A stretch of DNA of 64,000 nt, taken from Deltaproteobacteria bacterium (GTDB lineage: Bacteria; Myxococcota_A; Polyangia; Nannocystales; Nannocystaceae). The stretch lies in NCBI GenBank assembly GCA_016709225.1, contig JADJEE010000012.1:1987630-2051629 (forward strand), read 5' to 3'. Made by a program: the position numbers and the translations under genes. Below the pieces are notes generated by a model that was given only the letters and a program-made list of their open reading frames with translations, made no database searches and was not told where the DNA came from. Position 1 is the stretch's first letter; each line of letters starts with the position of its first letter. This document shows positions 56,949-64,000 of the stretch, piece after piece.

Positions 56949-58819
56949 AGGATCACTCGTACGCCGCCGAGGGTCTCGATCTGATGCGGGAAGCGGTCGC
57001 CCGGCGTGCTGATGAACATGTAGTTCTTCGGCACCGACAAGGTCTGCGACAGCACCTCGATCATCTCGGGCGTGAAGGTGCCCTCCACCGCCACGAAGTC
57101 GATGCGGATCTGCGGATACAGGTGATCGATGCGCGCGAGGTCCTCGCCGAGGTTGGGCGGTGGCTCACCGCCGGGCGCGAAGACGTGCACCACGATCATG
57201 CGCGTGGTCTGCTCGTTCTCCAGCACGTACTGCACCGCACGGTTGAGCTGCGCGGGGCTGTCGCCCTTGGTGAAGTAGATGATCGATCGACTGTTGATGT
57301 GATCGATCGCGCCACGCACGCTGGTGCCGACCCACTCGTTCAGCCGCCGTAGGCCGTCGATCAACGAGCGCGTGGCCGACAGCGCCGCACGCATCAGCAC
57401 GACCCGCAGGAACATCACGGCCACGATGCCCGCGGCCGAGAAGAAGTAGATCGCGAACACCCGGATGTTCTCGGGCGACAGCAACAGGTTGCCGAGCAAG
57501 CCCACCAGCACGGCGATGAGCGCGACGCTCACCGCCAGCCAACTCGCCCGGATGTCACGCGGCAGGCGTGCGCGCTTGCTCTTGAGCAACATGTTGCCGA
57601 TGGCGAACAGCGCCATCACGCACAGGAACGAGATCGTGTAGACACCGGCCAGCACCTCCACGTCGCCCGCAGTTGCCGCGAGGATCGAGCAACACACCGC
57701 GCAGAAGCCGATGATGATCCAGTGGTTGGTCTTGCGCAGCTCGTTCTCCCGCAGCAACACCTGCGGTAGGCAGCGATCGAGGCTCATCCGCCGCACCAGG
57801 CCGGTGACGCCGACGTACGAGGTGAGCACCGCGCCGGACAGCACCAGCACCGCGTCGACGCTGACCCACGTGCGCAGCACAGGACCCATGGCCACGTCGC
57901 CCATCTGCGCGAGCATGTCGGGTGGCACCGTGGTGATGACGACCAGCGGCAACAAGCCCAGACTCAACAGCGAGATCAGCGGGTTGAAGGTCGCGACCGC
58001 GAGCCACATGTTGCGCAGGGTCTTGGGAAAGACCCCGGGCTTCTGCTCCTCGATGAAGTTGGCCGAGCTCTCGAAGCCGGAGATCCCGAGCATCGCCGCG
58101 GCGAAGCCGTAGAACAGCGCGTGTGAGAGCCCTCCCGGCGGCGGCTCGCCCCAGTTCGCCGACAGCAGCGAGGGGTCGCGGATGATGGTGATGATGCCGG
58201 CGATGCACAGCACCGTCAGCGTCACGATGTGGAAGAAGAAGATCGCGACGGCGACGACCGCCGACTCGCTGATGCCGACGACGTTCAGGAACGCGAACAG
58301 CCCCAGCAACCCGATCGTGGCCCAGAACACGTCGAGTCCGGCCACGAGGTTGTGGGCGTAGTGCATCGCCTCGCCGGCGCTGATGACCGCAGTCGCGACG
58401 TACGACAGCAGCGTGAGCACGGCCGCACCCGCGGCGAGCTTCTTGTTGGTGGTGTTGAGCAACACGGTGTACGTGCCACCGTTGAGGGGCAGCGCGCTGC
58501 CGACCTCGGCGTAGACCGTGCGGAACAGGTACAACACCGCCGCGACCACCGCGAGCACGATCGGCGCGTAGCGCCCGGCCTGGGCCGCGCACAGTGCCGA
58601 GACGTAGAGGCAGCTCGAGGTGATGTCGTTGCCGCAGATCGCAGTCGACGCCCACGTGCCCAGGTAGTTCTTGTGGGGCTGGTCGAGGTGCTTGACCGCG
58701 ACCTTGGAGGTGTCCAGCCCCGTCAGTCGCGTGGCGGTGCCCCAGCCCGCGAAATCCCACGACTCGGAGGTGGATGCAGCGGGATCGTCGGCCATGGGCA
58801 GGCCGGCACTGTATCGCAT
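56945..58819 (-). CDS. APC-superfamily amino-acid/polyamine permease with a C-terminal cytoplasmic extension
   Basis: About 12 TM helices of APC-type sequence (…GSALPLNGGTYTVLLNTTNKKLAAGAAVLTLLSYV…), then a soluble tail of about 150 aa. The stop overlaps the helicase start (GTGA). Confidence 0.8.
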   Translation of the reverse strand: MRYSAGLPMADDPAASTSESWDFAGWGTATRLTGLDTSKVAVKHLDQPHKNYLGTWASTAICGNDITSSCLYVSALCAAQAGRYAPIVLAVVAAVLYLFRTVYAEVGSALPLNGGTYTVLLNTTNKKLAAGAAVLTLLSYVATAVISAGEAMHYAHNLVAGLDVFWATIGLLGLFAFLNVVGISESAVVAVAIFFFHIVTLTVLCIAGIITIIRDPSLLSANWGEPPPGGLSHALFYGFAAAMLGISGFESSANFIEEQKPGVFPKTLRNMWLAVATFNPLISLLSLGLLPLVVITTVPPDMLAQMGDVAMGPVLRTWVSVDAVLVLSGAVLTSYVGVTGLVRRMSLDRCLPQVLLRENELRKTNHWIIIGFCAVCCSILAATAGDVEVLAGVYTISFLCVMALFAIGNMLLKSKRARLPRDIRASWLAVSVALIAVLVGLLGNLLLSPENIRVFAIYFFSAAGIVAVMFLRVVLMRAALSATRSLIDGLRRLNEWVGTSVRGAIDHINSRSIIYFTKGDSPAQLNRAVQYVLENEQTTRMIVVHVFAPGGEPPPNLGEDLARIDHLYPQIRIDFVAVEGTFTPEMIEVLSQTLSVPKNYMFISTPGDRFPHQIETLGGVRVIL

Positions 58820-58861
58820 CGCGTTCGCACGCGCGATCGCGCCCGCCCACGTGCGAACACG

Positions 58862-60220
58862 CTACAGCGTCAGCGGCCCCGACGTGAACTCCGGCGCGCC
58901 GAAGCTCGCGTCGCCCAGCCCGAGCAACCCGATGAACGTGCTGTAGAGATCGCCGGTGGTGCGGCCGGGTTGCGGTGAGTGGCGACCGGTCTGCAGCGCG
59001 CCACCGACCCGGCCCGCGAGCACGATCGGCAGATCGTAAGGGCTGTGCGTGGCGCCGCTGCCCATCTCGGCGGTGGAGTAGAGCAACATGTTGTCGAGCA
59101 ACGTGCCGTCTTGATCGGGCATCGCCGCCAGCTGATCGATGAGGTACGCCAGCTCGCCCATGTACCAGGTGTAGACCGCGCGCGGCACCGAGACGTCGCC
59201 CATGTTGGGGATGTCGTGCACCATCGCGTGCCAACCGGTGTAGGCCCCGGGCACGCCGACGCCGAGCCACGGGAACGTCGGGCCGTCGTAGTTGGTGTAC
59301 TGCAGGGTGCCGACGCGGGTGAGGTCGCAGGCCAGCGCCATCACCATCAGATCGATGAGCACGCGCGACGAGACATCGTCGCGGTTGGCATCCCACGCGC
59401 TGCCATAGGGGTTGGTGTCGTAGTCGCCGGGCAGGTTCAGCATCGGCGTGGTGCAGCCGGCACCCGCCTGGCCCTCGTTGCCGAGCTGCATCTCGAGCGC
59501 ACGGATCTTGTCGGCGTGGTTCTCGAGCGTCATGCGATCGGCCGCGCTGACCTTGGGCGAAAGCCCGTCGAGCGAGCCGATCACGGTGTCGAGCACGCTC
59601 TGCCGCCGCGCATGCAGCCGCGCGATGGTGGTCGCCGGCAACATCGGGTCGACCTCGAGGTCCGAGAACAGCTGGTTGAAGATCGCGGTGGGCTCGGTGT
59701 CCGACGGCACTGGATCCGCCGCACCGGCGTAGATCGCCTGGTACTCGCCGAGGTTGCCCCCGCCGATCGCGAACTGCAACGAGCGGTAAGGCGTGGGGGC
59801 GGCCATGCGATTGGCGATCTCCTGATCGATCGACGGCCCGTCGGGCATGGCGTTGTTGAAGGTGTTGTGCGCGCTGGTGAAGATGCTGTGGCCGTTGCTG
59901 ATGTGGCCGTTCTCGCCGTAGGCCGCGCCGGCTTCGTTCGCCACCTGCGACACCACCACGATGTCGGACTTGCGGCTCTCGAGCGGCGAGAGGATCGACG
60001 ACAGCACCATCGCGTTGTTGGGGCCGCTGGGCGACCACTCGTCGTTGAGCGTGCCCTCGACGTGCATGAACTGCAGGTAGCGCAGCGTCGGTTCGCCCGC
60101 GGCGCGGGCCTGCTGCATGCTCTCGAGGAACGGCAATGCCACCGCGATACCACCGGCGCCACGGAGGAAGTTGCGCCGCGTGGTGCGGCCGCGCGAGACG
60201 GGACCTGGACGTCGGAGCAT
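58862..60220 (-). CDS. DUF1552-family protein with a Tat (twin-arginine) signal
   Basis: MLRRPGPVSRGRTTRRNFLRGAGGIAVALPFL. GGTGGAGGG ribosome-binding site. The start lies 2 nt after the stop of the upstream DUF1592-family gene. Confidence 0.75.
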   Translation of the reverse strand: MLRRPGPVSRGRTTRRNFLRGAGGIAVALPFLESMQQARAAGEPTLRYLQFMHVEGTLNDEWSPSGPNNAMVLSSILSPLESRKSDIVVVSQVANEAGAAYGENGHISNGHSIFTSAHNTFNNAMPDGPSIDQEIANRMAAPTPYRSLQFAIGGGNLGEYQAIYAGAADPVPSDTEPTAIFNQLFSDLEVDPMLPATTIARLHARRQSVLDTVIGSLDGLSPKVSAADRMTLENHADKIRALEMQLGNEGQAGAGCTTPMLNLPGDYDTNPYGSAWDANRDDVSSRVLIDLMVMALACDLTRVGTLQYTNYDGPTFPWLGVGVPGAYTGWHAMVHDIPNMGDVSVPRAVYTWYMGELAYLIDQLAAMPDQDGTLLDNMLLYSTAEMGSGATHSPYDLPIVLAGRVGGALQTGRHSPQPGRTTGDLYSTFIGLLGLGDASFGAPEFTSGPLTL

Positions 60221-60222
60221 GG

Positions 60223-61947
60223 TCAGCCCTCCACCTTGCGGGTGCGGAACGCCTCGCTGCGCGCGAGCGCGACCAACAGCGTGGGGATGTCGCCGCCGGC
60301 GGCGACGAACTCGGGTGCGAACGAATCGACCACGCAGTCGTCGACCGCACCGGGCTCGAGGCCGAAGCCGAACTGATACAGCTGGCTGGCGAAGCAGGTC
60401 GTGACCTCGTCGCTGGCCGCGAGCTTGGCTTGGAGCTCGACCACCCCGTGGAAGCTGCCGGTCACCGCCGCCGGGCCGCCTTGCACGTCGCCGCTGTTGT
60501 CGATTGCGCTGCCGTCGACATCGACGGTGCGCAGGCCACCGATCGCATCGTAGTCCTCGAAGCCGAGGCCGATCGGGTTCATGAGGCTGTGGCAACCGCC
60601 ACAGTTCATGTGGTTGATGAGGATCTCGGTGCGCTCGCGCTCGGTCGAACCCTCGGGGTACTCGGGCACGTTCGCCATCGCATCGGCGGGTGGCGGCGGA
60701 ATCGGCTCACACAGCAGCTGCGTGCGCACGACCTCGCCGCGGAAGATGGACCCGGTGTCGTTGCGGTGCGAGTGTTCCGCCAGCAGGGCGGGCCGCGTGA
60801 GGAGACCGCCGCGTTCCTCCGGCAGCGTGACGCTGGCCCAGGTGCCGGGCGCCGGCGCGTCGACGCCGAACAGGCCCGCGACCTCGGCATCGACCTCGCT
60901 GCGGTTCGAGGTCAACAGCTGCGCGAGCGTGGGCTCGTCGCTCGCGAGCACGCCTTGCACGAAGCGCGAGAATTCTTGATCGATCGACGCCGAGAGCTCG
61001 GCGGTGAACTGGGGGTAGACCGCGGTGTCCTTGTCGTAGGTGGGCACGCCGTCGTAGTGGTTCCACTCGCGGACGAAGCGCTCGATCGCGGGGCCGCTGC
61101 GCGAGGTGTCGGCGAGCATGCGCTCGGCCTGCGCGGCGATCTCGTCGGGGTCCTGCAGGCTGCCCGCGGCCGCGGCCGCGAACAGCTGGTCGTCCGGCAT
61201 CGAGTCCCACAGCAGGAACGACAGCCGCGCGGCGATCTCGTAGTCGCCGAGCGCGATCACGCCCGGCGCGATCTCGTCGCCGCCACGCTCGACCAAGTAG
61301 AGGAACTGCGGGGACTGCAGCGCCGCCGCGACCACCGCTCCGATGCCGTCGGCGAACCCGTCGGTGGCGGCCGCGTCGACGTACAGCGCCAGCAGTGCGG
61401 CGCGCTCGTCGTCCTCGAGCGGGCGCCGGAACGCCCGCGCGCCGAACTCGTCGATGAAGGCCTCGGCGCAGCTCTGATCCTGTGCACCGTCGCAGGTGAC
61501 GACCGCGTCGACGTCGTCGATGATCTGCACGGCGACGTCTTCGGCGGCGGTGAGCAGGTCCATCGCGGTCGGCAGCGACACCACGTTGAGGCTGGGGTTG
61601 TTGCTGTAGTTCTTGTGGGTCTGGGTCTCGGGGAACGCGGCGCTGGGCGTGATCGCGCCGTCGAACAGCGCGGTGACGGTGTTGCGGTACTGCACCGCGG
61701 TCAGGCGTCGCATCGGAGCCGGACCCGCCACGGGCCCGTCGCCGCACGCCGCACTCGCGCCACCGCTGTCCGAGCCCGAGCCATCGTCGGCCGAGCCCGC
61801 CGAGCCCCCCTCGGCGCCGGCGGTGCCATCCGCCGCGCCGGCGGAGCCAGCATCACCGACCCCGTGGTAGCAGCCGGGGGCCGTGAGCCCGAGCCAACCA
61901 CAGATGGACGCGAGCGTGACGAGCGGGGCGTTGCTTCGACGTGTCAT
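60223..61947 (-). CDS. DUF1592/DUF1588/DUF1595-family protein with a CxxCH haem-binding motif (PSD1-like), paired with the DUF1552 protein
   Basis: Signal peptide MTRRSNAPLVTLASICGWLGLTAPGC. HMNCGGCHSLMNPIGLGFEDYD. The long upstream part of the listed ORF is junk. ATG at rc 61947 (alternative 62037). Confidence 0.75.
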   Translation of the reverse strand: MTRRSNAPLVTLASICGWLGLTAPGCYHGVGDAGSAGAADGTAGAEGGSAGSADDGSGSDSGGASAACGDGPVAGPAPMRRLTAVQYRNTVTALFDGAITPSAAFPETQTHKNYSNNPSLNVVSLPTAMDLLTAAEDVAVQIIDDVDAVVTCDGAQDQSCAEAFIDEFGARAFRRPLEDDERAALLALYVDAAATDGFADGIGAVVAAALQSPQFLYLVERGGDEIAPGVIALGDYEIAARLSFLLWDSMPDDQLFAAAAAGSLQDPDEIAAQAERMLADTSRSGPAIERFVREWNHYDGVPTYDKDTAVYPQFTAELSASIDQEFSRFVQGVLASDEPTLAQLLTSNRSEVDAEVAGLFGVDAPAPGTWASVTLPEERGGLLTRPALLAEHSHRNDTGSIFRGEVVRTQLLCEPIPPPPADAMANVPEYPEGSTERERTEILINHMNCGGCHSLMNPIGLGFEDYDAIGGLRTVDVDGSAIDNSGDVQGGPAAVTGSFHGVVELQAKLAASDEVTTCFASQLYQFGFGLEPGAVDDCVVDSFAPEFVAAGGDIPTLLVALARSEAFRTRKVEG

Positions 61948-62091
61948 GCGCGTGCGCGAGAGGAGAGACGCACCTCGCCGGAAGCGGGTGAACGTTTCTC
62001 GGCCGCGCGCGGGCGATTCCCTGGCCCTCGCCGACATGGCATCGTGGCGCACGAACGCTGCAGTCGCGCGCGCTAGCGCCCGGCGACTCGC

Positions 62092-63192
62092 ATGCGGCGT
62101 GCAGCCTTTGCGATGATCGTCCTGGCCTTCGCCCTTGCGACCCTGCTGTCTGCGACGCCGGCCGAGCCCGCAGCGCCGCCGCGACGCGTGGTCGTGCAGG
62201 TCGCCGAGACCGATGGCGTTGCGGCCGCGGAGCTGGCCGCGTTGGTCGAGCGGCATGGCCTCGCCGAGCCGCCACCGATGCAGGTCGCGCCCGACGACGG
62301 CACGCGCGCACGCCTGACGACCGCACGGGCGCAGTGCGACGCTGCGCCCACCGTGGCGGTCTTCTGGCTCGATGCGCGGCGCAATGACGAGTGGCGAGTG
62401 TACGCCCTGCCCTGCGACACCGGCGCACCGTTGGTGCGGGAGATCGTGGTCACGCGCGGCGAGGAAGAGGCCTCGATCGAGGCCGCGTGGGTCATCATGC
62501 GATCCTCTTCGGTGGCGATCGCCGAGGGTCACGAGGTCGCGATGCAGGGCGCCGATCCGGCGGCGATCGATCCCCCGACGGCGCCACCACCCGCGGCCGC
62601 GAAGCCGAGCCCGGTGGCACCGCCACCACCCCGCGACGCGCCGAAGCGGCCACTGCGATGGCAGCTCACCGCGGGCTACGGCGGCGAGGCCATGTCGACG
62701 CGCCCGCGGTGGCGCAACGGTGTGCTCGCGCGGCTGTCGTTCGCACCGCGACCACGCCTGCGGCTTGCGCTGGGCTACGCACTGCTGCTGCCCGCCACCC
62801 GCGACGAGCCCGCAGGCTTCACGTGGTGGCAGCACCAGATCGGGCTGTGGATCGCCGCGGCGCTACCGGTGCATCCCCAGCTGGCGCTCGAGCTGCGCGC
62901 GGGGCCGGAGCTCGAGCTGGTCCGGTGGCGCTCGCAGGCGGATGTCCGCGGGCGCGTGCGCGCCGTGCCGAGGGTCGGCGCCGATGTGGGTCTGCAGCCG
63001 GTGCTGGCGCGCGGGCGTCGGACCGTGCTCGCCCTCGATGTCGGGGTCGGGCTCGCGATCGCGCTCGTCGACGTCGACTTCGTGACCTGCGCGGCGACGG
63101 CGGCGGCGTGCGCCGGGGCCGACCGGCGGGTGGTGCTCGACGCCTGGCGCGTGCGTCCCAGGGCACGCGCGGGCCTTTCCGTGCAATTCTAG
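62092..63192 (+). CDS. Hypothetical secreted protein, possibly an outer-membrane beta-barrel, ending in …LSVQF
   Basis: MRRAAFAMIVLAFALATLLSATPAEP signal peptide. Pro/Ala-rich linker. Alternating hydrophobic C-terminal region with a terminal Phe. Confidence 0.5.
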   Translation: MRRAAFAMIVLAFALATLLSATPAEPAAPPRRVVVQVAETDGVAAAELAALVERHGLAEPPPMQVAPDDGTRARLTTARAQCDAAPTVAVFWLDARRNDEWRVYALPCDTGAPLVREIVVTRGEEEASIEAAWVIMRSSSVAIAEGHEVAMQGADPAAIDPPTAPPPAAAKPSPVAPPPPRDAPKRPLRWQLTAGYGGEAMSTRPRWRNGVLARLSFAPRPRLRLALGYALLLPATRDEPAGFTWWQHQIGLWIAAALPVHPQLALELRAGPELELVRWRSQADVRGRVRAVPRVGADVGLQPVLARGRRTVLALDVGVGLAIALVDVDFVTCAATAAACAGADRRVVLDAWRVRPRARAGLSVQF

Positions 63193-63237
63193 GCGGGTGG
63201 CGAGGTTCATTCACCCGGATCGGGGGCCCGGTGCCTC

Positions 63238-63870
63238 TTGGTCGATGTGGGCCACGCCCTCGCACTGCCCTGGACCTTCGCCGCACCGGAGGACCAGACC
63301 TTGAGCCACGAGGCCGACGTGGCCCTGTTGCGCGCGGCGCTGCGTGCCGATGCGCGCGCGCAGCTCGAGCTCGTGCGTCGACTGACGCCGACGTTGCGCG
63401 CCGTCGCGACCGCGATCCTCGGGCGGGGTGGTGATGCCGACGACGGCGTGCAAGTGTCGCTCATGCGAGTGCTCGAGCGTGCATCGACCTACCGCGGCGA
63501 TGCATCACTCGAACGCTGGGCGCGCACGGTAGCCGTGCGCGCGTGCCTGCGGCTCGCGGAGTCGGCTCGCCGCCACGACCGCACCGACGACGCGATCGAA
63601 GATCACGCCGAGCCCGAGGACGGCGACGACGCGCTGATCGAGACCCTGCCGGGGCCGCTCGAGAACTACCTCGAACAGCTGCCGGCGGCGCAGCGACAGG
63701 CGCTGTTGTTGCGCCACGCGTTGGGCTACTCGGTGATCGAGATCGCCGAGCTCACCAGCGTGCCGGTCGACACCATCAAGTCGCGGCTGCTGTTCGGCCT
63801 TCGTGCGCTGCGCAAGTCGATCCGACGCGACTCGTTCGTGGCCCGCGCGATCGGGGGCCACCGTGGCTGA
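63238..63870 (+). CDS. ECF-type RNA polymerase sigma factor
   Basis: Region 2 …LMRVLERASTYRGDASLERWARTVAVRACLRL…; region 4 …QRQALLLRHALGYSVIEIAELTSVPVDTIKSRLLFGLRALR. Start TTG at 63238 or GTG at 63247. Confidence 0.8.
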   Translation: MVDVGHALALPWTFAAPEDQTLSHEADVALLRAALRADARAQLELVRRLTPTLRAVATAILGRGGDADDGVQVSLMRVLERASTYRGDASLERWARTVAVRACLRLAESARRHDRTDDAIEDHAEPEDGDDALIETLPGPLENYLEQLPAAQRQALLLRHALGYSVIEIAELTSVPVDTIKSRLLFGLRALRKSIRRDSFVARAIGGHRG

Positions 63871-64000
63871 GTCGTTCGAGCACGAGCGCGACGCGGTGAC
63901 CGACGGCCTCGCGGCGTTCGGCCGGCTCGAGCCCGCCCGCGACGACGACCTCGCGCGCGGACTCGCGACCGTGCAGGCGTTCGCGCTGACGCAGCGACGT
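63863..64000 (+). CDS. Probable anti-sigma factor, partial (runs off the window)
   Basis: GTG start overlaps the sigma-factor stop by 8 nt (GTGGCTGA). Good codon bias (VAESFEHERDAVTDGLAAFGRLEPARDDDLARGLATVQAF…). Confidence 0.35.
   Translation, partial: MAESFEHERDAVTDGLAAFGRLEPARDDDLARGLATVQAFALTQRR

Overview
This is a very GC-rich (about 70%) window that is most likely myxobacterial: it encodes a MYXO-CTERM sorting tag, a Myxococcus-type Cys-rich repeat protein, many lipoproteins and Ser/Thr kinases, and an Oar-like TonB receptor. Most long ORFs in the track are antisense or out-of-frame artefacts of the high GC content. I chose real genes by recognisable domains, third-position codon GC, signal peptides and ribosome-binding sites. 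Many listed ORF starts are GTG or TTG printed as M, so I re-derived start codons.

Backbone gene content, left to right:
- A minus-strand TonB/ExbB/ExbD/ExbD operon with a TonB-dependent receptor and a downstream lipoprotein (1-7078).
- An orphan OmpR-type response regulator, and secreted LamG and other lipoproteins.
- A YegD/HscC-like Hsp70, an MBL-fold hydrolase, and a Ser/Thr kinase with a beta-propeller tail.
- aroA, a RumA/RlmD-type rRNA methyltransferase, bactofilin and a small lipoprotein.
- Right of the island: a MYXO-CTERM metzincin, boxC-boxB of the aerobic benzoyl-CoA pathway without boxA, a TSP3/Gly-rich lipoprotein, bfd-bfr, a subtilase and tRNA-Arg(TCG).
- A Ser/Thr kinase translationally coupled to an ECF sigma factor, followed by a VWA lipoprotein.
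- A 1910-aa HExxH/TerB/SF1-helicase/REase-like fusion protein, translationally coupled to an upstream APC permease.
- A haem-CxxCH DUF1592-family protein paired with a Tat-signal DUF1552 protein.
- A second ECF sigma with the start of a probable anti-sigma factor at the window edge.

The most unusual region is a roughly 12-kb lower-GC island (about 19.16-31.21 kb). It begins at a truncated gene remnant and an IS630-like HTH remnant. It carries three tandem paralogous small Cys-rich secreted proteins ending in LCCG, which I could not place in any family I recognise. It also holds a complete IS66-family element (inverted repeats of about 60 bp, a frameshifted tnpC, and a 73-bp internal tandem duplication). 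Further right are a large subtilase with a tightly coupled small lipoprotein, two paralogous Cys-rich lipoproteins, and an IS3-family element with an A8 slippery site. I found no CRISPR array.
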